Assembly (NCBI GenBank): GCA_011109175.1
Contig: RDEW01000020.1
Span: 614,514-678,513, forward strand
Source of the DNA: Dicyema japonicum
Lineage: Eukaryota > Animalia > Dicyemida
Direction of reading: 5' to 3'
DNA: 64,000 nucleotides
Shown here: positions 25,780 through 38,039 of the stretch, piece by piece
Layout: every line of letters begins with the position of its first letter
Position numbering within the stretch: position 1 is the first letter of the stretch
Position numbers and translations under genes: made by a program
The notes under the pieces: model-generated
The model's database searches: none
Told to the model about the DNA's origin: nothing
Seen by the model: the letters and a program-made list of their open reading frames with translations, nothing else

Positions 25780-26100
25780 ATTATTATAACCCCGGAAACA
25801 CAGAAAAGAGGGAAAAGTTATTGTATTACTTAGGTGATTCCGGTGTCAGTGCATCTCCCTCTGTTCCGACTTTGTCTGTAATCCTTAAGGGCGTCCAAAA
25901 GGGAGAAGGTTTAAATTCAAATTTACGAGCATACTTATGGTAGGCAAGAATCTCCTCTTCAGAGGGGCTTGCAGAAGACCTTGCCATTTTTACGAAGTTG
26001 TGCTGTCTGTCCTCGAGATTCTCCATCACTTTTGTGACATTGAGTGTATTCATCATCGATTAGGTGGATGTCATTCTGTTAGGTTCAAGAAGGAATCGCA
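25780..26100 (-). mobile_element. LINE C-terminus and 3' stem-loop (same family as 1-115)
   Basis: ORF 25826-26056 ends PSPFWTPLRIT...LTPESPK and is followed by the hairpin and TAA tail. Confidence 0.65.
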
Positions 26101-26204
26101 GGCACTGATTCTGTATGACTTATAGTTTTTGTGGATATTGATAAGGGTGTAATCATGCTTGTTCGATTGTTGGTATTGTTTGTATAATAATTCATCTGGT
26201 GGAA

Positions 26205-26283
26205 GGGTTTGATCATCAATGGATACTCACTGCGGAACTGTTGTCTAGAAAGGACCCACACACAAGAAAAAGAAAAAAAGAAG
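26205..26283 (+). mobile_element. SINE 3' half
   Basis: CTCACTGCGGAACTG.TTGTCTAGAAAGGAC.CACACACAAGAAAAAGAAAAAAAG matches the reverse complement of 33800-33870. Confidence 0.75.
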
Positions 26284-26735
26284 TGAAGATCATTCCTTCT
26301 ACGATTAGTTAAAATTAACTGTTCTTTACTTAAATAAAGTGTGTCCGCCTATGTGGAGCTATAAATATTATGGCTCTCGTGAAAAGGCAGTTATTATTAT
26401 AATAATTCAAGGGTGAAATAATAATAATTCAGGAGATGAAGATAGGATATTGGGTATCTAGTTAAAGATCCACCTTTTTTTAGACTCGGGAAACTAATGT
26501 CTCCACATGATGTGTGAAAATCATCAGAAGGTCAAATGTGACTCCGAGGATTGAGGGGTTATTCTTAAGTACTTCATTCCAAATTAATTTAGAACCGAGC
26601 GACGTATGTTTCCTATAGGAAGAGATAACAGTAATGTTCGACTACCCAGGGGCTATATTTATGCGGTTCTTTAAGAACCGTGGATTCATATTGTCGAGGG
26701 TTTCTACTATCCTCCTCGTAGATCAGCCTAAAATA

Positions 26736-26817
26736 GCCAACATGGCCGAGCGGTCTAAGGCGGCAGCTTAAGGTGCTGTTCTCGTAAGAGGCGTGGGTTC
26801 GAATCCCACTGTTGGTA
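26736..26817 (+). tRNA. tRNA-Leu(AAG)
   Basis: Acceptor GCCAACA/TGTTGGT, anticodon arm GCAGC-TTAAGGT-GCTGT, long variable arm, T arm GTGGG-TTCGAAT-CCCAC, downstream T7 Pol III terminator. Confidence 0.96.
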
Positions 26818-27039
26818 TTCTTTTTTATGATAATAGTTTTATTAAAACTACATTTTTAGTCATTTTAATAAAAACAGTCTATTACCTTCGTGAACACTGC
26901 TGGTTATTTGAGCGAATCTCACTCGCCATCCAAAGAGGGAATAGCCACGTAGTCAGGGCAGCCGCTATATGACCAATTACTCTCTTTTCTTTACCAAATA
27001 ATAATTTAAATTTATTACGTAATAAGAAATACGGGCAAC

Positions 27040-27460
27040 GACAGAAATAAAATTGTAGCCAAGCACCGTTGTGATGTGAAGAGGGCGCCAGAATGGAAGC
27101 TCGGCGGTGCAAGTCGTCCTTTTCCATAAGGGCCTAATAATTATTCTTTTACAAAATGTTGGTCCAGTTCCTTAGTAAGTGTGTATCAAGAGGGGTTTCT
27201 TCTAAAGTCACTGACCGATTCTTAAACTCGTCAACAATTTTGTGGTCAGAGCGGATTTGCAGTAATCTGGAAGAATGGTCCTGATAATAAATTTGTTGCT
27301 TGATAAAGACGACAGGAAGGATAGCAGGAAACGTCCACAACAGAAGTTAGTCCGATGTCCCAAATCTGACGGATAAGAATGCTTGCATAAATCCAATTTT
27401 ATCGAAATTTATATTCACAGTTTCTTTAATAGACTTGGAGATAAGAATGTTGAAATTCCC
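27040..27460 (-). mobile_element. CRE-type internal fragment
   Basis: DLHRRASILAPSSHHNGAWL and QASLSIK...GHRT, homologous to the other CRE copies. Confidence 0.65.
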
Positions 27461-28099
27461 AAACTTTCCGGAAAGAGGTATTAAGGAGAGGATTTTATAA
27501 ATTTATAAAAACCACAAAATAAGCATTCTTGCATAATTAATTATCCAATTTGTGATTATTATAATTTTCATGCGTATGACAGTGGAAATTGATGACTTTG
27601 TTTCTCAGCTACACAATCTTATTCATTACCATGGAAGGACGAGAGTACTTAATAATGTTGTTAGTTTTATTTATTAATTTAATTGTATTCCCAACCAGTC
27701 ACGTAGGGATTAACAAATAATGAACTCGAACCGTTCCACAGAAGGCAAATACGTCTGGTCATCGGTGATCAGTGGCCAAAAAGATTTCAAAAAACAATAT
27801 ACTCACATTAATGTCCTAAACAATCATCGATTATTGATGGAAACTTTTCGGACACATAAAACCAATTGTAAACTCCTCACACAAGAGGATATCGACAGCT
27901 TACAAAAAGGGCTACGGAACAAGGGATCCTGGAAGAAGTTAGTTAACCGGATCTGTCAGGTGGTTCAAGAGGAATCTTAATATCAATAATTTTATTCCAT
28001 AAATCTAAAATATTTCAAAGTTGTGAAAAATTTAAAAAAAGTCATTAATAATAAACAATTACAAATTTAATGGTTTTTTTTGCGTATAACAAAGTCATT

Positions 28100-28455
28100 T
28101 AAACTACCGTCCTTGACCGCAATATGTCAAAGAAGGAACTCTCTGCTGGTAATGAACTTAAACAAGCTCAGAGGATTATTCAAGAAAAGGACGAAGAGAT
28201 TGCTAATTTAAAACGACAACTCAATAAAATGCAGTCTGTTCTTTCCTATGGGAATACTTGGCAAAACACTGAAAACAACACCTCTCGAAACAAGAAGGCT
28301 GGCATTTCTGCAAAGAAAACGAAGGAAACAGAAATAACCACCAAAATAATATCTAAATCAGAAGATTATTGTCATTAGTAATAATATGGACACTTCTCTA
28401 ATACTAAACGCTCTCTCAGAAAATGACTTATTTGTTAACCTCGAGTGCTCCTCCC
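28100..28455 (+). pseudogene. Partial duplicate of PKG (5'UTR, exon 1, dead intron 1, start of exon 2); open 84-aa ORF at 28124-28378
   Basis: Identical leader AAACTACCGTCCTTGACCGCAATATG. Exon 1 is colinear without indels. The intron donor GT and acceptor AG are both lost. Confidence 0.9.
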
Positions 28456-28914
28456 TTGATAACTAGATTATTATCAAAATACGTAAAATTAGTACATCTT
28501 TATTACCAACTTTTCACCAAAAGTTCTGTTTAAAGTTGCCACCATGTTGATTTTCAAACTGTTAAGCAAACTAATTTTTAAGTGAATATTTTAAGTACCA
28601 AAATGTCTAATTGTTTATCCATGTCAGTGACTCGACACGGTGTTGCTAGAGAAGCCACTAGGTTTTACAGATCTCTGAATGTGGCCAGACGTCCAGGGTT
28701 TTTGTGAAAGGACAAAAATTTGTGAGGAATCCGACAGATTAGAGTGCAGTTTTACGACATCAATTAGTTATCATATCTCGAGAATCTACCTGCCCTTCTA
28801 TGGCAAAAAAAAGCATGGTGTCCGTGGATATCATAAACTGTGGCGAGTGCTGAGAGTGATCCGTCAATGTCAAATAAAATACATCAAAGTCAACTGAGAC
28901 TAATTATTAACAAA

Positions 28915-31700
28915 GGACAAAACATTAGTTAGCTGCCTCCTTCACTGCGTAGCTGTTCCCTCTCAGAATTGCGAGCAAAATTCGCTCAAACAGCCAGCGG
29001 TTCGCGGAGATCTCCAGTGTATGAGGTGATCCGGTTTCCAAGACGTCCGAAAAACTCTAGTGTAGAGGGGAGTAGGATCCGGAAGTTCCATAGCAAGGGA
29101 ACAAATTGGACATTATCGGGAAGGTCGCCGTATTTTTGAGTTTGGACTTTTCCACCTTGACGGCTGCAGAGCAGGCCTTGAAGCGCAGTCGTGAAGATTG
29201 TTCGGGCGAACGTGTCTGTACATGTCACGTCCCAAACAAGTGGTTTCTCGGCCTCAAATGGAAATATAATAATCCCGGTCGTTTCCCGTCACTTCTGCAT
29301 AACCCGACCGGTTCAAGAATGGCCGAGTATCCAGCAGCATCCATAGCCCGCTTGACAATCTCATTCAGAGCCTTGTGCCTTGGAGATCTGCCAGCGCTCC
29401 TCTTGCAGGCGAGAGGGTGCAGGCCATAGCAGTCTATCAGGACGCCACATCGGCACGGGTGAGGTACACATACTTTCAGTCCCAGCCGCAGAGAGATGCC
29501 ACTTCTAACGCATTTATTATCCAGAAAATGCCCAGAACTCCATTTGGGATGGCGTTTAGCCAAGCTCCGATCTCAGGGGAAGCCCCCGAAAGCAAACAAG
29601 TGCGTCGGTGCTGATTGCCCGATTCCAATAGGAGTCCAAATGATTTCCAGCACAATAAATTTTCCAAGTTTCGCTGACAGTCTTGTGAAGGAAGCAGGGG
29701 AGGTTGGTGGCATTCCAGGCTTCTTGTGCGTGGATTATGTCTTGGTCAATTGAGAATTCGGGTAGGGAGTGTAAAATCCTCCTAACCAAAGGTTCGCAGG
29801 CCGTGAGTGAAGACAGATGTGCAAAAAGTGAGATGTCCAAAGTACGACGGATTCCAAGACCCCCAAATCAGATCTAACTGGGAGTGTAGCTTGCTTCCAT
29901 GTAGCATCGTCGAATTTGACATTAAATATTTGCTCCGTCGAGCTGAGGAAAGACAAATCAAAATGATCAAGCTGCTCCAGTTGGAATAGTACGAGCTGTC
30001 CTCAGTAAATAGGCGATTCTCTGAATGTTAAGACTTCTTTTCATGAGGAATAGTGCTGAGTGTGAGTCAAGAAGCTGTAATCTGTCCAGCGATTTGCATA
30101 GGAGTTGTTTTTTGTCAAGGAGAACATGCTTCATCGCATTCCTAGTGATCGGGGATCCAAGAAAAATCAATTCGTTTTCAGGGGTCGCAAATTTTTGAAC
30201 AATTGAAGAGAAGTCATTGTCAGCAAGACCACAGTTTGTTATTTCACATTTCGTTGTATTCAATTCAAGACCCACCTTGGACAATGGGAGGATGAGTACT
30301 TCCAACTCCTGGAAGACCATCTCCGGGGGCCTTCTAAGACAGCGTCAACGAGGTACCAGATGTTAAGTGGTCATCGAGAGAGCTTCGTAATCTCTCAATT
30401 CCGAGAGATAACAGCAGTGGTCCGAGGGGGTCGCACTGTTGAACACCCGAAGACGATGGAACCATGAAATCCTCGTGTAATAGAGATGTAGGCTTTCCGT
30501 ATGAATAATTGACCAGTTCAAATATGTATGGACATCTTTCCTTTGCAGGCCTCCAGAATGCAGTTTTTTTTTAAACTGTTAAAAGCGTTCATGATGTCCA
30601 GTTTTACCATAATGTGCCTTTTAAAGTTTTGAATGCTGCGGTTCTTGAATGTCATGACGGAGTGAACGGCTGCCTTACATCCAAGACGAATTCCGACTCC
30701 AACTTGACTGGGAAGTGAGGATTTTGACAAGATTGATGTAGCAAATCTGGAAGCAATCTTGGCTGCTAGTCTCTGAAGTGAATCCGACCGCGATCGACAG
30801 ATACCACCTCCCTTCTTTTCGACGACTAGCCGAAAACAAGATATGTCGTATCAAATCAGGCAAATGTCCAGATAATATCATGTTCATAAGAGAAGTGAGC
30901 GAGAAGGAGAGACGACATGCTTGGTCTCCAATAGTCGGTGAAATAAGGTTTTTAAGATGGCCGGGCCTTAACCCATCGAGACTTCCATTGCTGGTGCAAA
31001 TTTCCATAACGCCGTGATGACATCCTCAGGCGACGTGGAAAAGGGGTCACTTTTGATGGGGGAGAACAGTGGCGCAGGTCATTCGATGAAAGTGGATGCT
31101 TTCTTCAATAGAATCTTGTAAGCATCAGCGGTTGGATTGCGTGGTCCGCTGAGAGTGAGAGGGCCCTTAATGCGGATCGGGTTCCTCCTTCAAGAAACTT
31201 CGATCGTACAGTCCTTCTTAGGCGAAAAATCTCCGTTTCCCGAGTTGAACTCCGAGTCTCAGTTGAACGGATGCTAAAGGACGAGAGGTCCGTAAAGTGA
31301 GTTCCATCCATAAATGCGCGATTGTTTTTCATTTCAATCGAGAGAGACTGTTTCCCATTGCGATCTCGGGGGGAGCCAAGTGCGAAAGGAGCAAAATTAA
31401 ACAAACGTACCCAGTCGTTTATAGAGTAAGAGTGGAGAGCATCGTCGATTGCTTTAGTTAAGGCTTCGGCAGCTAGGTGGCGTGCTGCTTTTGGGATCAC
31501 GAGCAGCAGTGCCACATCCCAAGGGCGCGGATGGAGGCCTGAGAGAGCTTCAAACATCCGAGGTGAAAAGAAGCCTCCACAGGCAGAACAAGAAATTCCG
31601 AACTTTCACAAATTGGTCATGTTGCATGCAGAGCAATTTGACGATGACTTTTCGAGTAACATTCCACTGAATCAACAATAGGTGAAAGTCCAGAATAGGA
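28915..31700 (-). mobile_element. Near full-length CRE-type RLE non-LTR retrotransposon, frameshifted
   Basis: IPKAARHLAA, GLRPGHLKNL, QVGVGIRLGC.AAVH, KLDIMNAFNS, GVQQCDPLGPLL, WYLVD (YLDD-like), FLGSPI, GAWLNAIP, CRCG...HPLAC...RHKALN, RPG, and ILRGNS at the 3' end. Confidence 0.9.
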
Positions 31701-31799
31701 AAAAAATCTCAATAGGTGAAAATCAAACACAACACGACAATATAAAACTTTTTTCTCCAGTAATAACTATTATTTTCAGTCGGTTTTTTTTAGTCGTTG

Positions 31800-32560
31800 T
31801 GAATGAACTTTCTATTGATTCATTCCATAATCTTTTTGAATACGAACCTTTAGGTAATTAAAAATAGAATACAATATCTTCATCTAATTCATACAAGCCT
31901 TTAATCCTCCTGTTTTCCGAGAGTTTCGTCACCCTGTTTCACAAGAGTTTCATCCACCTACATTTCCAGAGTATCTGTTCTCTCAAGTATCTGTCCCCAT
32001 TTCGAGGAATATTGTATTAGCCATTGGAAGCGTGGATCTCCTGCTCTGCTTGTGGAGATTTCTTCCACCTCGTGTGAACTATATTTAATTGTTTTGAGTT
32101 GTTACATTCTCATGATCAAAGTCCACCGAAAGTTTGTAGTTCAGTTTGGGTTGACAGGTTGTTCCTTGAAGGGAAAAGAGTGTACCAACATTTCTAGTGA
32201 TTGTCGTTTTGGGTTATTTTTTCTGCTTTAATCGGATTCTTCAGTAAGAGGACATCCAAATACTTCAAGTTGGTATGCTTATGGTATTGAGACCTTAGGA
32301 ATGATTTCTCAGAAGGAAAAGATCAAGTTCCATTCTCAGACTACGAAAATCCAGAATTGGTGACCTCATATTTCAAGATTTTCATTGTTATGTCGAGGTT
32401 CTCCAGTTAGAGTATTAGTCTTTATAAATTCTCAAACACATTGTTTGGTTGTCTCCCATAGTGCAATCGTCTACCAAGTTCCATACATAGGACAAACATC
32501 CATGACTAACTGATTCCCAGACTGAACAGACCCGGGCCCACTGGATCATCTGCTGGACTT
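31800..32560 (-). mobile_element. R4-like RLE non-LTR RT remnant
   Basis: Degenerate G.QLVMDVFVLCME and YKYLG-like segments on the minus strand; many stops. Confidence 0.45.
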
Positions 32561-32779
32561 GTGAGGGTAATAAAGTGTTGTCTGTGGACTAGACACGAAA
32601 TGTATATTTCCTAATTTCATATGTATTCTGCTGAAGGAGTTTTTAATATTTTGAGATTAACATGAAAATATTTATGTCGAAGTTGATCTGTAGTTGTTCT
32701 GAAGAGGATCCCCTCATAGGTTACTGACAAAGGTCTTTTTGTATTCTTGTTGGAGACTCTTCAGCCAGGATTTTCTTTA

Positions 32780-33150
32780 ATCGCTTCAAGAAAGATGACT
32801 ACAACCTTAGTGTTGGAAAATTGACCGTCAAATCAAGAGTTGAGACTACTACTCTCATAAGATATGGATTACACGTTGGTTTCCAGAAAATCCGCAGTGA
32901 ATGGTATCAAGACTCTGCAATTAGATGTTTCAGATTCCAGAAATTTGGCCACGTTGAAACTCGATGCATTGAAAAGGAGAATGAGCACGGAATGAGCAGT
33001 TGTCCTTCCAAAGGAAGATCGGAGAGGAAATGCATCAACTGCGAGACTGTTGGTCACCTTGTGTGTTATGGAGAGTGCCCGGTGGCAAAGACCGCTACTC
33101 AGGAATTGCGCGTACGCAAGGCTAACCGCCATGAAGAAAAATTAACTTGA
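32780..33150 (+). mobile_element. ORF1 (gag-like) zinc-knuckle remnant of an I/Jockey LINE
   Basis: IRCFRFQKFGHVETRC...HGMSSC...KCINCETVGHLVCYGECP, a triple-CCHC pattern. Confidence 0.75.
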
Positions 33151-33799
33151 ATAAGAACACAAACAAACCTGTCAGATGGGTTAAAGCAGAGACAGTCCAA
33201 TCAGTTTGGAAAAAATCTGCGGGTTCTACTTGCAAAACTTATACACAAACTGAAGACTCTAAGGAAATAAAGAAGAATACGGAATAGGAAAAAAATCCCG
33301 AACCTGAGTGACAATGACTCCTTAGAGATGACTTTCATCATCTCCAGGCTTCACCACGAATGTTCGATTTACTAGATGTGGTACACTAGTTTTGAAGAGG
33401 CTAAGCCACCTGAAAATTTATTGAAAGCCATAGAAAGAACTCGGAAAACGAAAGTCTCAATAAATGCAGTCAATTGACATCATTTGTCGGACTAAGGGCT
33501 AACTTCTACTGATTTCCGTTCGTACTAATGGTCGATGATAAATAGTGACCACAAAATTTTTATTTACAGTTCTGACTGAAGAAAAACTACATTGAACCGA
33601 ACCTAAGCAAAACACCACAACCTTATCATACTCATTCATACATGACAGAGAAGCTCAGGTCTTCAGTCGCTTCTGGGGATAACAAACAACCTTTTCACAA
33701 GAGCCATAATATTTATAGCTCTGCATAGGCAAAACACACTTTATTTAAGTAAAGAAAAAGATAATTTTAACTAATCGTAGAACCAAGGAAAAATCTTCA

Positions 33800-34002
33800 T
33801 TTTTTTTTTCTTTTCTTGTGTGTGAGTCCTTTTTAGACAATCCAGTTCCGCAGTGAGTTTCCATTGGTGACGGCGTCACTCATCAAGCCATTTTTTGCAT
33901 CGTAGATGCGTGGAACCTTCGACCAGGTGAACAGCAGCGAGAATCGAACCCGTGAGCTAAGCCACTTGTGCCCGACACCTAACCACTATGCCACCCTCTG
34001 CT
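33800..34002 (-). mobile_element. Full-length tRNA-derived SINE (~200 nt)
   Basis: Box A TGGCATAGTGG (33983-33993), box B GGTTCGATTC (33941-33950), a body shared with 26205-26283 and 37730-37850, and an A-rich tail. Confidence 0.8.
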
Positions 34003-34779
34003 GGGGATAAATAACCAAAAACATATTGAGAAGTACCTAAATTCAAAACCGACTAACAAGACCAATGAGGGGAGACTAGAAACGTTAATTGCCTAATTAT
34101 AAGCATAATTCTTAAGAAAATAAACGTGAATCAGAATAAATTGCGAAATAATCCAGACCTCACGGCAGGATTTATAATAACGTAATCCCCATAGCTATGT
34201 TGTTGTTCTGGTCTTTAATAAACATATTATTATGTCAGGTTCGAGATCATCTCGAGGGCTCTTAGTCTCGGTCAATTCTGTGGAGTTGGCAGATTCGTTT
34301 TTCATGATAAGAGACATGATTAGTAGTAGCAAACATTGATGATTTTTTTCCACATTTTTAAAAACCTCTCTTTCCCGGTTTCTAAATCTTCTTTCTGACT
34401 GTTTTCCAAACACAGTATTCCCTATAACAATTCCATTTAGTAAATTAATGAAAAAAGTTATTTCCTAAACCTCTTTGATAATATCTGGTTTTATTAACCC
34501 AGGCTTACAATCTTTGGTAATCCCAACATAAATAGTCATAACTAATCAAAGAAAGAAATTTGGATGAGAATTTCTTCTTGTGCCAATCCATCCTCAAATA
34601 GGGGTGGAATTTTGTTGACTAGAATTGACCTTGGTTGTAAAGTTCATCTTTGGTAATCAATCTTGACCCATTGCTGTTGATAGATGTAATTGTACAAATT
34701 ACTATAGAGGTTACCAAAGTCCTAAAATTCCTAATGAACAGGTAAATAAAACACAATAAGAATAAACAAAACCAAATAA

Positions 34780-35482
34780 TTAAGTCCTAATATCATGTTG
34801 GAAAGGCATTATAGGTAATGCTATATTCCTCCAATGTTCGGGTGTTCTATACTTCATAGTAGCCTCCAATGCATTGATGATAGCCTTAGCAAAATTAGCC
34901 AAAGTTGCAGTAGCACCACGTGTACATGTATAACAATCATCAAGTCCACACATTCTTAGTAACTTTTGAGGTACAATAGCAGCCACTAATCCAGTACCAC
35001 GTGGAGCAGGTATTAGTCTAACAAGAACAGAACCACACTTTCCAGTAACCTTGTATGGTACAGTATGCATTGGTCCTATTTTATTACCCAATATCCTTTA
35101 CGGACTGGCACAATGTTTAGTTTGGCCAGAGAGACTGCCTCACGCATTGAGTTTACTGCTTCTTTGAACATTTTATACCCAATCCAACATGACCTTTACC
35201 ATCACCAACTGCCACTATTGCCTTTTGTCTTGTTCTCTGTCCTGCTCTTGTCTGCTTCTGTACTGACTGCACTTTCAGTACTTCGTCAGTCAAATCTGGT
35301 AGTAAATGGTCTACTATTTCCACTTCCATTATTGGTAGAGAGGCTAAGAATATCTCCTCAATTGATGTTATTAATCCTTCATTTACCATTCTACCCAGTC
35401 TTGTTATTGGTACCCATTCTTTCTTCGGTGGTGGGGCATTCTTCTGTCCTCTTCGTCCAAATCCACGAGGTCGTTGAGACAT
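34780..35482 (-). CDS. RPS2: 40S ribosomal protein S2 (uS5), intronless, two apparent 1-nt deletions
   Basis: [67 protein letters not shown] and [10 protein letters not shown]. Frame is restored by +1 nt at ~35164 and +1 nt at ~35088. Confidence 0.9.
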
Positions 35483-35572
35483 GTAACGTGCTTTTTAAAT
35501 TTATTAATTATTATTAAAACATTTTTAATTTTTATATTTTTAATAAAACACATAATCTTTTTATATTTTTCT

Positions 35573-36700
35573 TAATCAGATTCATCTGCAAGGATGAGAG
35601 TAGATTCTTTTTCTCGGTAGTTTGAACAATGGGAGACCACAGACGTTGGGTGACTCGTTTGATTGCGGGAACTGGTACTACCTAATGTTTTTTTTGTCTT
35701 TCTTTCTCGGTGATCCAGGGGTTCTGAAATAAATGCACGTGTCAGATATCTCTGACCATCTTCCAATCCTATTTGTATATGTGACTCTGAGAATTGGGAG
35801 AGAGCTCTTTTTAGGTGCCTGCACTTGCCACTGAAAATTCTTGGTTTTCTTTGCATCATCAGTCCCAAGTGAATAATCCGCACGTGGATTTTGTTTTTGC
35901 TGTCAACCAGTCTTACACACTGTCCAGCTTCTGTTGATCCTTGAAGGTTAGAGTTGGCGCGGAACGGTTTCTGGTTGTGACGATAAGGTCATCTTCATAG
36001 AATAATAGCAGGGAATCTTGGAGTCATTTGTTGGCTTTTAGAAACAGATTGAATAGAGTTGGAGAAACTTGGGAGCCCTGGTACCCTAAGTTTGATATTG
36101 AACGTGATCTTGATATGAGGTGGTTGCAGCAAACCCTCTCAAATCGTACTGAAAGAAAACTGTCACAATTTCAATTTCGGATGAAGGAGTTTAATAAGAC
36201 GGGTCCGTATGATGCTGGATTTCCTTTCGGTTTTCCAGAATTCAGTATTGGAGATATGTTTTTCTATATTAGTTGAGATTTTGAATGATGGTTTAAATAT
36301 TTCAAGTGAATTGAAGAAATATTGTTTAGACAGCATTCACGCGAGCTCTTCGACGATATCTAGTCCAGGTTTCTCGAAAGGTCTTGATCGCCACGTAGTC
36401 CTTTATGAGTAGGTTAGGGTGTATCTTACATATGTACCTTATAGGGACCCAGCCTGTCCCATCTGCATCCCCTAGATCTAATTTGATTTGTTTTCCAGAA
36501 AACAGGAACTTTTCTTATTGAGACGACTAACCAGATGCTTATGTCTCCGATTATAATGTTCAATGGTAAGATCCTGTGGTTTCCATGTAATAAGTCACGC
36601 TAATGAGGCAGAGCATGTATATAAATTTGGAGATGTGGAGACATCTTGTTCTTAATGTGGTCCTTGTGTGGACTTTGGTGTCTTTCAAGAAACAGGATCA
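35573..36700. mobile_element. I/Jockey-like LINE fragments (35573-35735 plus, 3' end; ~35740-36700 minus, RT)
   Basis: 35573-35735 is homologous to 1245-1412. The minus strand has LLFYEDDLIV (~35990) and GYQGSQVSPTLFNLF. Confidence 0.65.
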
Positions 36701-37729
36701 TCGATAGTTGTCAGAAGACTGTGATGTTAACCAAAGTGAGTGTTTTGTTGATGCCCATACATGATTAATTTTTTCAATATATGGAGGCATGATAGATACG
36801 GTGGTAAGACATTATCTTTTCGGAGGGATATATACATTAACCAGAGTTATCCAAAAGAAGGGGAAGAACTCTAGTTTTATCGGTAGAGAGCAGGATCCGA
36901 CTCCAAAAGCTCAGTGGTCTATGTGCTTATGTCCATAGAGGATAGTCTGTTTTTAAATACCCCCACGGCTTTTCTTGAATTTAAATAGCATCTCATCTGA
37001 AATTAATGATATCCCAAGAATACATCTGATTAGGCAATAATTAAGAGACTAAACATTAACAACCGACACTTTTCCGGTCTCAATCCACGATTTCATCCAG
37101 GGTATAATGAAATCCAGAATTTCCATGAGTCACTAACCAGATGATGCTGTCTCCGGTTATAGTTCTTTTATGATGTTTCTGTTAGTTTCACGAGTGATTG
37201 CATACGTTATCGGCATTGATTAACATTTCAGTTCTCAAATTGGATAATCAAAGACAAATGGATGATGTTGAATAAAGTGGATTTAATATGTCGTACATAA
37301 TAAGCTCATATCTGTCATTCAAATCAATCATCATGGCCTAGAAAAATTGAGTTGTCAGCTCTAACAGATAGTTAAATGCGGATATGGATTCAAGTTTTAA
37401 TTTTATTCTCAATTTTACCGATACAGTTGGAAGTTAGATTCTTTCATGATTATGATTCATTCCATTCATTTACCACCTTAAATTATTTCCTGAACATAAA
37501 CTGTTGGAGTATAAACATACAAATCCTTTAACTCTCCAAGGCAAAACTATATTAGTCTTATAATGAAATTATAAACAGGTGAATAGCCATACTGAAGAAC
37601 TAACTTGTCTTTGTTGATACTGCACTTTACGAATATTATAGCTCATACCAGGCAGGACATACTTTATTTTAATTAAAAAACAGCTAATAGTATTAATCGA
37701 TGAGGGAGAACCAAGAAATGCTCTTAACT

Positions 37730-37850
37730 TCTTTTTTTCTTTTTGTTGGGTATGAGTCCTTTTGTAAACGATCCAGTTCCGCAGTGAGATGTTCAATAAT
37801 GGAGTCACTTGTCAAATAAAAGCATCGTAGATGCGTGGAACCTTCGAACA
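37730..37850 (-). mobile_element. SINE copy lacking the tRNA head
   Basis: TGAGTCCTTT...ATCCAGTTCCGCAGTGAG...GCATCGTAGATGCGTGGAACCTTCGA is shared with 33800-33925. Confidence 0.8.
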
Positions 37851-38039
37851 AGAGGCTATCAGGCCTTTTATCACCTGGCCAGTCTTTAGTTAGATATTAT
37901 AGACTCTTCCACATTGATACCCAACTAAATATTATCCGGAATAGTCTGAAATCTTTTTTTCCTAATTTGGTAGAAGTGTCCGATTTGTTCATTGATTCCG
38001 AAAAGATTTCAATTTAAACCACTTTCTAAGAGACTGATT

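Noticed and set aside
26695-26735. CCTCCTCG resembling an HDV-like ribozyme L3 loop
   Set aside because: I could not build P1, P2, P4 or the J4/2 strand around it.
33850-33890. TTGATGA-GTGAC/GTCAC-...GAAA in the SINE, hammerhead-like
   Set aside because: Five extra nucleotides separate the stem from GAAA, and the other two SINE copies lack the pattern.
33930-34002. Possible third tRNA gene
   Set aside because: It has A and B boxes but no proper acceptor or anticodon stems, and it is attached to a repeated body, so it is called a SINE head.
34400-34560. Minus-strand IYVGITK, resembling a GIY-YIG (Penelope) endonuclease
   Set aside because: No upstream GIY/VY element, no correctly spaced Arg/Glu, and no Penelope RT nearby.
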